Shown here: piece by piece, positions 38,721 through 51,757 of the stretch
Layout of the letters: the number at the start of each line of letters is the position of its first letter
Position numbering within the stretch: position 1 is the stretch's first letter
Translations under genes and position numbers: made by a program
Origin: an uncultured Solirubrobacterales bacterium
GTDB taxonomy: Bacteria; Actinomycetota; Thermoleophilia; Solirubrobacterales; Solirubrobacteraceae
DNA length: 64,000 bases
Assembly: GCA_963844585.1 (NCBI GenBank)
Contig: CAWJOV010000001.1
Location: forward strand, 40,312 to 104,311
Direction: 5' to 3'
The notes under the pieces: model-generated
What the model was told of the DNA's origin: nothing
The model's database searches: none
The model's input: only the letters and a program-made list of their open reading frames with translations

Positions 38721-39581
38721 TCAAACCTTACGGTACTCAGGCACCCACGACCCATCGTCCTGAGCCACGAAGTCCTGGAAGAGATTGGGCGCCTCGGCCA
38801 GCATCATGCGGGCCACTTTGTCGAACACCAGGCGCAGCTCCTCCTCGGCGCCCTCTGCCGTGCGCATCTCGATCACGTGGCGCAGCGTGCGGACGTTGGC
38901 GGTCCACACGATGTCGGTGGAGAGGCCGATCGGCGCAAGCCGGCGCAGGGCCGAAGTCACCTCCTTCTTGACGTGAAAGGGCACCCCCTCCTCATCGATC
39001 CCAAGCGTGGCGGCGGCGCTGAGTTGAAACTCCTCAAGCTGCTCCACGATCGAGAGCACCTGGTCGCGCACCGGCTCGAGCGCCGGTGGCACGCGAAAGC
39101 CGATGTCGGTGAGGCGCACGTAGCGCAGGCTCTCCTGGCTGAAGGCCGAGCCGGCGCGATGCCTGACAAGCTCGTGAGTAAAAACACGCGAACAGTTCCG
39201 TATGGCGAAGGAATAATTGGAGTGCTCCAACACGCTCCCGTGGCCGGAGCGCAGGATGTTGGCGAAGTAGGCCTGCCGGTCGGTGCGTATCCTTGAGACA
39301 TTCGGATTCAGGCCCGGCTCCCAGCTGCGATAGCAGGCGCGTCCGCCGAACTCGACCAGCAGCTCGCCGGCGTTGACGGCACCAGGTGCGCTCGCGTCGG
39401 AGCCCCGGGCATCTCCCGCGTGGGTCGTGCCGGTGTCGGCGCTCGTGGCGCCGTCCGCCGCCTCGCCGAGGCGGAGATCAAGCCACGACTCGCCGCCGAC
39501 ATCGGCGAGGTACCCCCGCAATCCGTCGAGGTCGATCGAGGGACGGGCGATCAAGAACACGCTGGGGGTGGTTTCGTGCAT
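38721..39581 (-). CDS. thyX: FAD-dependent thymidylate synthase
   Basis: ThyX signature HELVRHRAGSAFSQESLRYV (RHR..S....S.RY). N-terminal region carries a low-complexity insert. Confidence 0.85.
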   Translation of the reverse strand: MHETTPSVFLIARPSIDLDGLRGYLADVGGESWLDLRLGEAADGATSADTGTTHAGDARGSDASAPGAVNAGELLVEFGGRACYRSWEPGLNPNVSRIRTDRQAYFANILRSGHGSVLEHSNYSFAIRNCSRVFTHELVRHRAGSAFSQESLRYVRLTDIGFRVPPALEPVRDQVLSIVEQLEEFQLSAAATLGIDEEGVPFHVKKEVTSALRRLAPIGLSTDIVWTANVRTLRHVIEMRTAEGAEEELRLVFDKVARMMLAEAPNLFQDFVAQDDGSWVPEYRKV

Positions 39582-39592
39582 TGGGGCGAGCG

Positions 39593-40336
39593 ATGGTAGG
39601 CCCTCCTCCGGACGCTCCCGTGCGGCTGAGCGCCAACGAGCTGCACGTGTGGAAGCTCTCGCTCGACGTGCCCACCGAGACGGTGGAAGAGGCGAGGAGG
39701 CTGCTCACGCGGCAGGAGCTGACACGGTTCGAAGGGATCCTCGTGCCCGCCGCTCGCGTCCGCCGGATGGCCGCGCGCCTGGCCATACGTGTGCTGCTGG
39801 CGTCTTATCTGGGGATGGACCCGCGCGAGGTGGAGATTGCGTACGGCTCCAATGGGCGCCCCGAGCTGGTGGGGGGGCACGGGCTGAGCTTCAACCTCTC
39901 GCACACTGCGGATCTGGCCGTCTTCGCGGTCGGGCGTCGGCGCACGGTCGGCGTGGATATCGAGACGCTCGCGCGACGTCCGCCATCGCCAGGGCTGATC
40001 GCAAGGACTCTCAACCCCGGGGAGTCGGCGCGCGTCATGCGGGTGGGCGGGCAGCGGCGCACCGAGGCGTTCTTGCGGTATTGGACGATCAAGGAGGCCT
40101 ATGCGAAGGCGCTGGGCGCTGGCCTCGCGTTCGACTTCCGCGACATCGCCGTCGAGGGCAACTCCGCGCGGCCACGTCTCGAGCTTGCCGATGATGTCGC
40201 GGAGCGGTGGCGGGTACGGCGCCTGCGGCCATGGCCGGGCATCGTCGGTGCCGTGGTCGCCGATGGGGAGCCGTGGCGGTTGCGCGTGCGGGAGTTGACG
40301 ATGGGGAGCCGTGATGGTTGCGCGTGCGGGAGCTGA
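39593..40336 (+). CDS. Sfp-type 4'-phosphopantetheinyl transferase
   Basis: Start at ATG 39593. Motifs GRPELVGG..FNLSHT, GVDIE, and WTIKEAYAKALG. Confidence 0.8.
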   Translation: MVGPPPDAPVRLSANELHVWKLSLDVPTETVEEARRLLTRQELTRFEGILVPAARVRRMAARLAIRVLLASYLGMDPREVEIAYGSNGRPELVGGHGLSFNLSHTADLAVFAVGRRRTVGVDIETLARRPPSPGLIARTLNPGESARVMRVGGQRRTEAFLRYWTIKEAYAKALGAGLAFDFRDIAVEGNSARPRLELADDVAERWRVRRLRPWPGIVGAVVADGEPWRLRVRELTMGSRDGCACGS

Positions 40337-40416
40337 CGACGGGGAGCCGTAGCGGTTACGTGCGTGGAAGTTGACGACGGGGGAGCCGTCGCGGTTACCG
40401 TGTGGAAGTTGACGAC
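40265..40416 (+). repeat. 38-bp x4 (plus one degenerate) tandem repeat spanning the PPTase stop codon
   Basis: Copies at 40265, 40303, 40341 and 40379, with a degenerate fifth copy running to about 40456. The stop TGA at 40334 lies in copy 2. Confidence 0.9.
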
Positions 40417-40505
40417 AGGAGCCCTCGTGGTGCGCGCGCGGGCGCTGAGGCTCAGGGTAAGGCCGGCCTCCAAGCCCTAGGCACTCGCCTCGATGCCGGG
40501 AGCAA

Positions 40506-40994
40506 TCAGGCCGAGGCGCCTCGCGTGTGCTCGGCCCGCTGCTTGAGCCGGCGCAAGAGGTAGCTCATCGTAAGGGCGTGCCCCCGAGAGGTGATCACGA
40601 GCAAGCGGTAGGCCCGACCGCGCACTCCGGGGAACGCACCCCGCGTCTCGGCGCGTACCAGCGATCGGCCCGGCGCGACTTCTTCGACCCGGAAGAGGAT
40701 CGCGTAACGCGAGTAGCGGTGCGATCCCTCCAGCACGATGAGCTCCCCCGGCGCCATGTCGGTGACGCTCCACCCGGGCAGCGTGGAGCTGACCCGCAGG
40801 GGGTTGGCGCCCCCCCGCTTGGTTTGCGCACAACGGAGCACATACGCGAAGCTCCTGCTGATCCGCCCGGAGAAGGCCCGATCCACGACTTCGCGCAATA
40901 CCAGCCACGCGCGGTTGGCGCGCACGGAGACGATGACTCGATGCTCGTCGATCCGGGGCAAGGCCTCTGGGGAAGTGTCGGCTATCGCATTCAT
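40506..40994 (-). CDS. hypothetical protein (possibly SRPBCC/START-like)
   Basis: 162 aa from ATG 40994. Assigned only by size and alternating beta-pattern; no motif seen. Confidence 0.4.
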   Translation of the reverse strand: MNAIADTSPEALPRIDEHRVIVSVRANRAWLVLREVVDRAFSGRISRSFAYVLRCAQTKRGGANPLRVSSTLPGWSVTDMAPGELIVLEGSHRYSRYAILFRVEEVAPGRSLVRAETRGAFPGVRGRAYRLLVITSRGHALTMSYLLRRLKQRAEHTRGASA

Positions 40995-41061
40995 CCCGAA
41001 GTCCTGAGAGTTGCACGATCGTAGCACCCACCAAATTCGCCACCTACTAAGCTGCTCCACG

Positions 41062-42936
41062 ATGTCCACCACAACTGCCCAACCAGCCGACCCCGAGCTC
41101 GAGCAGGCCGCCTGGGACCTCGAGCCGCTGGTGGGCGGCGACGGCGAGGCAGGGGTGCAGAGCAGGCTCGACGAGGCTCTCACCCGCGCGCAGGCGTTTG
41201 CCGAGAGCTACGCGGGCAAGCTCGGCGAGCTCGACGGCGCTGGCCTGCGGGAGGCGATGCGGGAGTTGGCGGCGATCTACGAGCTGGTGGGCCGCGCTGG
41301 CACATACGCCGGACTGCGCTTCTCTACCGACACCGCCGACCCGGCGAACGGTGCGCTGCTGCAGATGGTGCAGGAGCGCGAGACGGCGCTCGAGACGACG
41401 CTGCTGTTCTTCGAGCTGGAGTGGGCGGCGCTGCCACAGGAGCGCGCCGAGGGGCTGCTGGCGGATCCGGGTCTGGACTTCTGTCGCCACCACCTGCGCA
41501 ACGTGCGCCGCTACCGCGAGCACCTGCTGACGGAGCCCGAGGAGAAGATCCTCTCCGAGAAGTCGCTCACCGGCGCGACCGCGTGGGCGCGGCTATTCGA
41601 GGAGCTGACCTCGGTGATCGAGGTGCAGCTACCGAGCGCGCCCCGGCAGCCGACGACGAACGCCGACGGTGCGGAGCGGGAGGCCGAGACCGGCGGCGGC
41701 AACACCGAGCGCGTCGCTCTCGACGTGGCGCTCAGCCGCCTGGCGCTGCCCGACCGCGAGGTGAGGCGCACGGCCGCCGAGGCGGTGACCGCCGCGCTGG
41801 CGCCCGGGCTGCGCACGCGCGGGTATGTGCTCAACACGCTGCTGGCGGACAAGTCGGTCGACGACCGTCTGCGCCGCTACCCCAACTGGCTGGCGGCGCG
41901 CAACCTCGCCAACGAGGCGAGCGACGAGTCGGTGCAGGCGCTGATCGAGGCGGTGCGTGGCCGCTACGAGCTGGCGCGCCGCTGGTACCGGCTGAAGGCG
42001 GGGCTGCTGGGGATCGACCGCCTTGCCGACTACGACCGCATGGCGGCGGTGACACAGGACGAGGTGAGCTTCACCTACGCGCAGGCGCGCGAGCTGGTGC
42101 TGGACTGCTACGGCTCCTTCTCCCCCGAGCTGGGGGCGCTCGCGGGGCGTTTCTTCGCCGAGCGTTGGATCGACGCGCCCGTGCGCCCGTCGAAGCGCGG
42201 GGGCGCGTTCTGCGCCTCGGCGGTGCCATCGGCGCACCCGTACGTGCTGCTCAACTACACCGCGCGCCGGCGTGACGTGCTGACGCTCGCACACGAGTTG
42301 GGTCACGGTGTGCACTTCGCGCTGGCGGCGGGGCAGGGCGTCTTTCACCAGGGCACGCCGCTGACGCTGGCGGAGACCGCGTCGGTGTTTGGCGAGACGG
42401 TCGTGTTCGGGCGCCTGCTGGCGCAGGACACCACGCCGCAATCCCGCCTGGCGTTGCTGGCCGAGCACCTGGAGGACATCATCGCCACGGTGTTCCGCCA
42501 GGTGGCGATGAACCGCTTCGAGGAGTTGGCCCACACCGGTCGCCGCGAGCAGGGAGAGCTCTCGGTCGAGCGCATCGGCGAGCTGTGGGCGCAGAGCCAG
42601 GCGGAGCTGCTGGGGGACTCGGTGGAGATCACCGAGGGGTATCGCAGCTGGTGGTCGTACATCCCTCACTTCATCAACACCCCCGGCTATGTGTACGCGT
42701 ACGCGTACGGGCAGCTGCTGGCGCTGGCGGTGTACGAGCGCTACGAGCAACAGGGGCCGGAGTTCGTGCCGCGTTACCTGGAGCTGCTCGCGGCGGGCGG
42801 TTCGCGCAGCCCCGAGGAGCTGGGCAAGATCGTCGGCGTGGACCTCACTGACCCGGGCTTCTGGGACGCGGGCCTCGACCTCGTGGAGCGCCAGTTGGAG
42901 TTGGCCGAAGCAGCGGCGCGCGCGGCTCAGGGCTGA
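41062..42936 (+). CDS. M3B oligoendopeptidase F family
   Basis: Zinc motif HELGHGVH with the downstream Glu region. Length and layout are typical of PepF. Confidence 0.85.
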   Translation: MSTTTAQPADPELEQAAWDLEPLVGGDGEAGVQSRLDEALTRAQAFAESYAGKLGELDGAGLREAMRELAAIYELVGRAGTYAGLRFSTDTADPANGALLQMVQERETALETTLLFFELEWAALPQERAEGLLADPGLDFCRHHLRNVRRYREHLLTEPEEKILSEKSLTGATAWARLFEELTSVIEVQLPSAPRQPTTNADGAEREAETGGGNTERVALDVALSRLALPDREVRRTAAEAVTAALAPGLRTRGYVLNTLLADKSVDDRLRRYPNWLAARNLANEASDESVQALIEAVRGRYELARRWYRLKAGLLGIDRLADYDRMAAVTQDEVSFTYAQARELVLDCYGSFSPELGALAGRFFAERWIDAPVRPSKRGGAFCASAVPSAHPYVLLNYTARRRDVLTLAHELGHGVHFALAAGQGVFHQGTPLTLAETASVFGETVVFGRLLAQDTTPQSRLALLAEHLEDIIATVFRQVAMNRFEELAHTGRREQGELSVERIGELWAQSQAELLGDSVEITEGYRSWWSYIPHFINTPGYVYAYAYGQLLALAVYERYEQQGPEFVPRYLELLAAGGSRSPEELGKIVGVDLTDPGFWDAGLDLVERQLELAEAAARAAQG

Positions 42937-43037
42937 CCGCTGGCCTCGCGTGGCTCAGGGCTGACTGGCTGCCCTCGCGTGGCTCCGGGCTGACCGCGGG
43001 CCTCGCGCGGCTCAGGGCTGACTGGCTGCCCTTGCGC
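42924..43037 (+). repeat. 28/29-bp x4 tandem repeat starting on the pepF stop codon
   Basis: Copies at 42924, 42952, 42981 and 43009 alternate between two variants (a 57-bp higher-order unit x2). Each copy carries GGGCTGAC. Confidence 0.9.
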
Positions 43038-43111
43038 GCTGACAGCTGGCCATATGGTCACCTGGGACGACCCGAACCTAAGCCCGCGGGGAGTCCCGTC
43101 GATACGGTGGT

Positions 43112-44206
43112 GTGATCGCCCGCGCGCTGCTCGCCCTCACCGTGACGCTGACGATGGCAGTCGGCACCGCAATCACGGCGTCGCCCGCCGCGGCGCAGCC
43201 GCTGAACTACATGGCGCTGGCCGAACAGGGGGAGCGCCAGAGCGAGGCATGGCGCTCAGGGGGCTGGTACTGCGAGTACCTGCACTGCACCGGCGAATAC
43301 CCGCTGCTGACGATCTGGGGCGACGTACGCATGTTCGAATCGGTAGATGCGCTCGAGCTCGCTGCGCCCTCTCCGGCGCACCGCGCGCAGGTGGACCGCT
43401 TCGGCCACGCCTCCGAGCGCTATTGGAACGCCTACCTGAACGGGTATGCCCCCTATCCGGGCGACCGCTACCGCGGCGCGGAGGCGTGGTTCGACGACAA
43501 CGGCTGGTTGGGCGTGGCGTTCGTGGATGCCTACAAAGCCACCGGCGAGTCCCGCTACCTGCGCGACGCGCAGCGCGCCTTCGACTTCGCCGCCACGCAG
43601 GGCTGGGACGCGGCGGGGGGCGGCGGCATGTGGTGGAACACCGATCACCCCTACCTGGCCGGCGAGGCGCTGGCCTCCAACAGCCTGCTGGGGATGCTGC
43701 TGTATGGGGTGGACCACAGCTCCTACCAGCTGGGGGAGGTGCGCAAATTCATCGATTGGGGCAACGCGCACGACGTCGGCTTCCACGGCCTCTACCTGAG
43801 CGGCGGCCCGGGCAGCACCGTGATCGACTACGTCGAGGGACCGCTGATCTACGCCCAGTACCTGCTCTGCCAGGCGACAAGCGACCAGGACTACTGCACC
43901 CACTCCGCGGCGCAGGCGCGCTCGATGACCGAGATCTACGGCGTCAAGTACAACTTCGCGCCGCTGTACGACTCGATCTTCATGGAGTGGATGATGGCTT
44001 ACGGCAAGGCGGTGGGCGACAACCACTGGCTGGAAGTGGCGCAGATCAACGCCGCCGCCGCTACCCACCACGCCACGATCGGGGACGGCTTGTGGCTGGG
44101 TAGCTGGTGGGGCGGTCCGATCAGGGATTCGCAGACGCTGCCCGGGATGTTCCGCACGATGGCGGGTACAACCAGCCTGTTCGCCTGGCTGGCGTACTAC
44201 TCCTGA
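43112..44206 (+). CDS. secreted GH76-like glycoside hydrolase
   Basis: Signal peptide. WFDDNGWLGVAFVDAY resembles the GH76 catalytic DD motif context, in an alpha/alpha-barrel-like Trp-rich sequence. Confidence 0.6.
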   Translation: MIARALLALTVTLTMAVGTAITASPAAAQPLNYMALAEQGERQSEAWRSGGWYCEYLHCTGEYPLLTIWGDVRMFESVDALELAAPSPAHRAQVDRFGHASERYWNAYLNGYAPYPGDRYRGAEAWFDDNGWLGVAFVDAYKATGESRYLRDAQRAFDFAATQGWDAAGGGGMWWNTDHPYLAGEALASNSLLGMLLYGVDHSSYQLGEVRKFIDWGNAHDVGFHGLYLSGGPGSTVIDYVEGPLIYAQYLLCQATSDQDYCTHSAAQARSMTEIYGVKYNFAPLYDSIFMEWMMAYGKAVGDNHWLEVAQINAAAATHHATIGDGLWLGSWWGGPIRDSQTLPGMFRTMAGTTSLFAWLAYYS

Positions 44207-44280
44207 TCGCCTCCGTTTAGTCGCGCCTCGCAGCGGGTAGGAGAATCCCGTCGGACAGTTCGACGGGCCGAAGGAGAACG

Positions 44281-47792
<3,512 letters not shown>

Positions 47793-47796
<4 letters not shown>

Positions 47797-49397
47797 CATC
47801 GGCGCAGGCCGGCGCCGGCACCCGACAGCGGTCGGTGCTGGGGCAGGCCCTGCCGCAGCCGACTGAGCCGGCGCCCGCGGCGACGAGCATCCTGCTGGTG
47901 GACGACGACGAGGGTGGCCTGCGCGCGCTGCGTGCCGTGCTGGAGCCGCTGGGGCAGCGGACGGTGAGCGCCGGCAGCGGCGAGGAGGCGTTGCGACGGC
48001 TGCTGCGCGAAGAGTTTGCGGTGATCTTGCTCGATGTGCGGATGCCGGGCTTGGACGGACTGCAGACCGCCTCCTACATCAACGCGCGAGCTCGCACACG
48101 CCACATCCCGATCATCTTCCTCACCGCCCACGCCGAGGATGTCGAGCAGGTCTTCAGGGCTTACGCCGCCGGGGCGGTGGACTACGTGGTCAAGCCATTC
48201 GATCCAGATGTGCTGCGCAGCAAGGTGGCGGTGTTCGTCGAGTTGCAGCGCGAGCGCGGCGAGCGCGTGCGCGAGGCACGTGCACGGGCCGAAGCCGAGG
48301 CGATCGCAAGCACGCTGCAGCGCCACCTGCTGCCCGACCGGCTGCCCGAGGTGCCGGCGCTGACGATGGCCGCGCGCTACCGCCCTAGCGAGCGTCTCGC
48401 CCAGGTCGGCGGGGATTGGTATGACGCGATCGAGCTGCCGGGCGGCGGCATCGGCCTGGTGATCGGCGACGTCGTCGGGCACGGCGTGCACGCGGCCACG
48501 TTGATGGGGGAGCTGCGCGCCGCGCTGCGCGCGTATGCGGTGAGCCAACCACGCTCGCCGGCCGCCGTCGTGGGGGCGCTGAACGCGTTCGTCGCCAGCA
48601 CTCACAGCGCGCGCATGGTGGCGACCCTGCTGTACATGGTGGTGGACGAGGATGGCGCCCACGTGCGCTTTGCCAGCGCCGGCCACCTGCCGCCCCTGCT
48701 GATGGGCGCCGATGGGGAGACGCGCTTCCTGGAGTACCGCCACGACCCCCCGCTGGGTGCCGAGGAACAGACCGTCTTCGGCGAGTGGGAGGGCGAGCTG
48801 GAGCCGGGCAGCACGGTGATGCTGTACACCGACGGGCTGGTGGAGCGCCGCGGCGAGACGATCGACGCAGGGCTGGAGCGCCTGCGCAAGGTGTTCGGCG
48901 CCGAGCCGACCGCCGACCTGGAGCGGCTCTGCTCGCGCGTGCTCGAGCGCGCGCTCGAGCACGGGGATGCGCAGGACGACATCGCGCTGTTGGCGGTGAG
49001 GCCGGCGGCGGTGGAGGCGCAGGGAGCGCTCGAGCTCGATCTACCGGCGGAGCCGGGGTCGGTGCCGGTGGCGAGGCATCGCATCGAGCGCTGGCTGGCC
49101 GCGACGGGCACCGGGCGCGATGATGTCTTTGCGATCAAGCTGGCGGTGAGCGAGGTGTGCGCCAACGCGGTGGAGCACGCCTACGGCCACGAGTCTGGCC
49201 ATACCTTCCGCGTGCACGCCGAGCGTGCCGCGGAGGAGGTGGTGATCGAGGTCTCGGACTCCGGCCGCTGGCGCCGGCCGCGCGGATCCCGGCGCGGGTG
49301 GGGGTTGGGGATGATCGAGCAGTTGATGGATGCGGTGGACGTCGAGCGAGCGTCCTCCGGCACGACCGTGCGCATGAGCAAGGCGCCCGCGGGATGA
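47793..49397 (+). CDS. response-regulator receiver fused to PP2C (SpoIIE) phosphatase and RsbW-like HATPase
   Basis: ATG 47793 overlaps the kinase stop (ATGA). REC (LLVDDDEGG...LLDVRMPGLDG), PP2C (GGDWYDAIELPGGGIGLVIGDVVGHG), and a C-terminal ATPase (SEVCANAVEHAY...GWGLGMI). Confidence 0.85.
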
Positions 49398-49466
49398 GCA
49401 GCCCTGAGCAAGGCGCCCGCGGGATGAGCAGCCCTGAGCAAGGCGCCCGCCGACGATGAGCAGCCC
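49375..49466 (+). repeat. 30-bp x3 gene-junction repeat with a 21-codon bridging ORF
   Basis: Units start at 49375, 49405 and 49435 (tgagcaaggcgcccgcgggatgagcagccc). ATGA overlaps at 49394-49397 and 49456-49459. Confidence 0.9.
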
Positions 49467-49881
49467 TGGGCAACCAGCTTCGGGAGAGCCCGTCGGGGCC
49501 CTCGCGCTAGCGGTGATCGAGCGCTCCGAGCGGGATGGCGTGCGGATCGTGGTGGTTGCCGGCGAGCTGGATGTGTCGAATGTCGGTGGCCTCGAGGATG
49601 CCGCGCGTGGCCTATCCAACGAGGCGCTGGGGGTGGTGGTGGATCTGCGCGGCGCCACATACATCGACAGCGCCACGATCGGCATCCTCTTCAAGCTCCA
49701 TCGCCGGTTGAGAGGGCGCGGGCAGGTGCTACGCGTGATTTGTGTTCCGGGCTCGAATACATGGCGTGTGCTCGAGCTGACTGGGTTCGATCGCCGGCTG
49801 CGAGCCGAGCAGGATCGTGAGGCGGCGATCGATGCGATCCGTGCGGCCGTGCCGCTCGGAGACGAGGGCGCGACCTCCTGA
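49456..49881 (+). CDS. STAS-domain anti-sigma-factor antagonist
   Basis: 141 aa. VVAGELDVSNV...VVVDLRGATYIDSATIGILF is a SpoIIAA/RsbV-like pattern including the phosphorylatable Ser context DSA. Confidence 0.8.
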   Translation: MSSPGQPASGEPVGALALAVIERSERDGVRIVVVAGELDVSNVGGLEDAARGLSNEALGVVVDLRGATYIDSATIGILFKLHRRLRGRGQVLRVICVPGSNTWRVLELTGFDRRLRAEQDREAAIDAIRAAVPLGDEGATS

Positions 49882-50154
49882 TCGAGCAACAGGACGTCCG
49901 TTGAGGGTTGGACCCATCGCCAGAAGATCTGCTGGCTTGGATGCGGAAGCTATTGTGGCGGTGGGCCTTGGTGTTTGTCCACCTCAGGCGCCGTCAAAGC
50001 AGCAATTTCCACGCGTCGTTTGCCCGCGCCCATCAATAATTGGATTTCGACTGCCCATACAGTACCATGTAAGCGCCATGGGGGGTCCACTCTGATTTCT
50101 GATGGTCATTACGTTCTTTCGACTTCTCGACCCTGATGGCTACAGCGGCAGCCG

Positions 50155-51405
50155 ATGAGTCCGGATGCACGCGATCGGGAGCGCGCACGCAATCGGGGGC
50201 GCTCGCTCGATGAGATTCGCGTGGGGGTCGCCGGGCGGCTGCGGGCGCGTCGCACGGAGATCGTGGAAGCGATCTTCGACTGTGTGCGCGAGCTCGTGCC
50301 CGACCCCGCCGGAAGCGAGGATCCCGAGCTCCTCGTCGGCCTGCGTGGCGCGGTGGCAGGCGCGATCGACTATGGCCTGACCTGCGTCGAGCGAGGGGAG
50401 GAGTGGTCGGAGGCGATCCCGCAGGCGACGGTGAGCCAGGCGCTCCGGGCCGCCAACGCCGGCGTCAGCCTCACGACCGTGCTGCGCCGCTACGTCGTCG
50501 GGCACCAGCGGCTGTCGGCGTTCGTGCTGGAGGAGATCGAGCATGGCAACCCCTCGAATGAGCAGCGAGCTGCGCTACTGTCGCAGACCTCGACCGCGCT
50601 GTCGACGCTGCTCGGCCGGTTGCAGACGTCGATGACCGAGACATACATGCACGAGATCGCACGCAAGACGCGCTCGCGTGAGCAGCGCCGTGGCGAACTG
50701 GTGCAGCGTCTGCTGGCCGGCGACTGGGTGGACTCCGGTGAGCTGGGCTACGAGCTGCGCACCGAGCACATCGCGATTCTCGCCGCGGGCACCGGCGCGG
50801 CGGAGGCGGTGCGCGCCGTGGCGGGGGAGCTGGATCGCCAGCTGCTGAAAGTGCCGCGTGTGGATGGAACGGTGTGGGCATGGTTGGGCGGGGGCCGCGG
50901 GCTGGCGCTCGCACGGGTCGAGTTGGTGTTGAGCAAGGAGGCGTATGCCGATGTCAGAGTGGCGATGGGCGCACGGGCGCGGGGGGTGGTGGGCTTTCGT
51001 CTCACCCACCAGCAGGCGCAGGCGGCATTACGGATCGCTCACACCACGCAGCGGCGCATCACCCGCTTCGAGGACGTGGCACTGGAGTCGCTGGTGCTCC
51101 AGAACGGGGCGATGGCGGGTTCGCTATTGGAGCTGTATCTCTCGCCGCTCGACCACAACGGCGACGGCGCGGAGCTGCGTCAGACGCTGCGGGCCTACTT
51201 CGCCGCCGGTCGTCAGGCATCGGCCGCCGCCTCCGCGCTCGGCGTCGAGCGCCGCACGGTGACCTACCGCCTGCACAAGATCGAGGAGCTGCTCAAATGC
51301 AGGCTGCACACGCGTCTGGCGGAGCTCGAAGTTGCCCTGCGCTTGGAGGAGCTGCTCGGAACTGAAGGTGAATTTGTTTCTCACCCACCGGCGCGCCCGC
51401 GATGA
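50155..51405 (+). CDS. PucR/CdaR-family transcriptional regulator
   Basis: C-terminal HTH LRQTLRAYFAAGRQASAAASALGVERRTVTYRLHKIEELL is typical of the PucR C-terminal domain. Confidence 0.75.
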   Translation: MSPDARDRERARNRGRSLDEIRVGVAGRLRARRTEIVEAIFDCVRELVPDPAGSEDPELLVGLRGAVAGAIDYGLTCVERGEEWSEAIPQATVSQALRAANAGVSLTTVLRRYVVGHQRLSAFVLEEIEHGNPSNEQRAALLSQTSTALSTLLGRLQTSMTETYMHEIARKTRSREQRRGELVQRLLAGDWVDSGELGYELRTEHIAILAAGTGAAEAVRAVAGELDRQLLKVPRVDGTVWAWLGGGRGLALARVELVLSKEAYADVRVAMGARARGVVGFRLTHQQAQAALRIAHTTQRRITRFEDVALESLVLQNGAMAGSLLELYLSPLDHNGDGAELRQTLRAYFAAGRQASAAASALGVERRTVTYRLHKIEELLKCRLHTRLAELEVALRLEELLGTEGEFVSHPPARPR

Positions 51406-51757
51406 GCCACACCGGAAACGCCGCGCTGCTCCTTACGCCACATTGACGTAGGGCGTACCTCCCGCAGCTGATACAAATATCTCGATCATGGTCCATAGTA
51501 GGATCACAACTTTGTTTCTGATCAACGGTATGTTGCGTAAATTTCCGACATTCAATCCACGTGAGCGCTCGCGGGTGGGCTTCGCGCCGAGGTGTGAATT
51601 CGCCGATCGAAATGGGAAGCGTGGAGGATCTACCGGCGCCGGTAGATTTGCGGGTGGCCGGCGCTACCGAGGTTGCTTGGTTGCAATGGTGAAAGGTGGC
51701 GGCCTGCCTCGACGCGGATACGCTCATCGTGTGCCGACGATGAGGTTAAAAATCTAG

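Noticed and set aside
38506-38724. A 73-aa N-terminal extension of the ADH from TTG 38724, which forms a TTGA overlap with the thyX stop.
   Set aside because: The extension has no MDR-family similarity, and the canonical N-terminus (MRVLTAAPG) starts at 38505. The overlap could still reflect real coupling, so the start remains uncertain.
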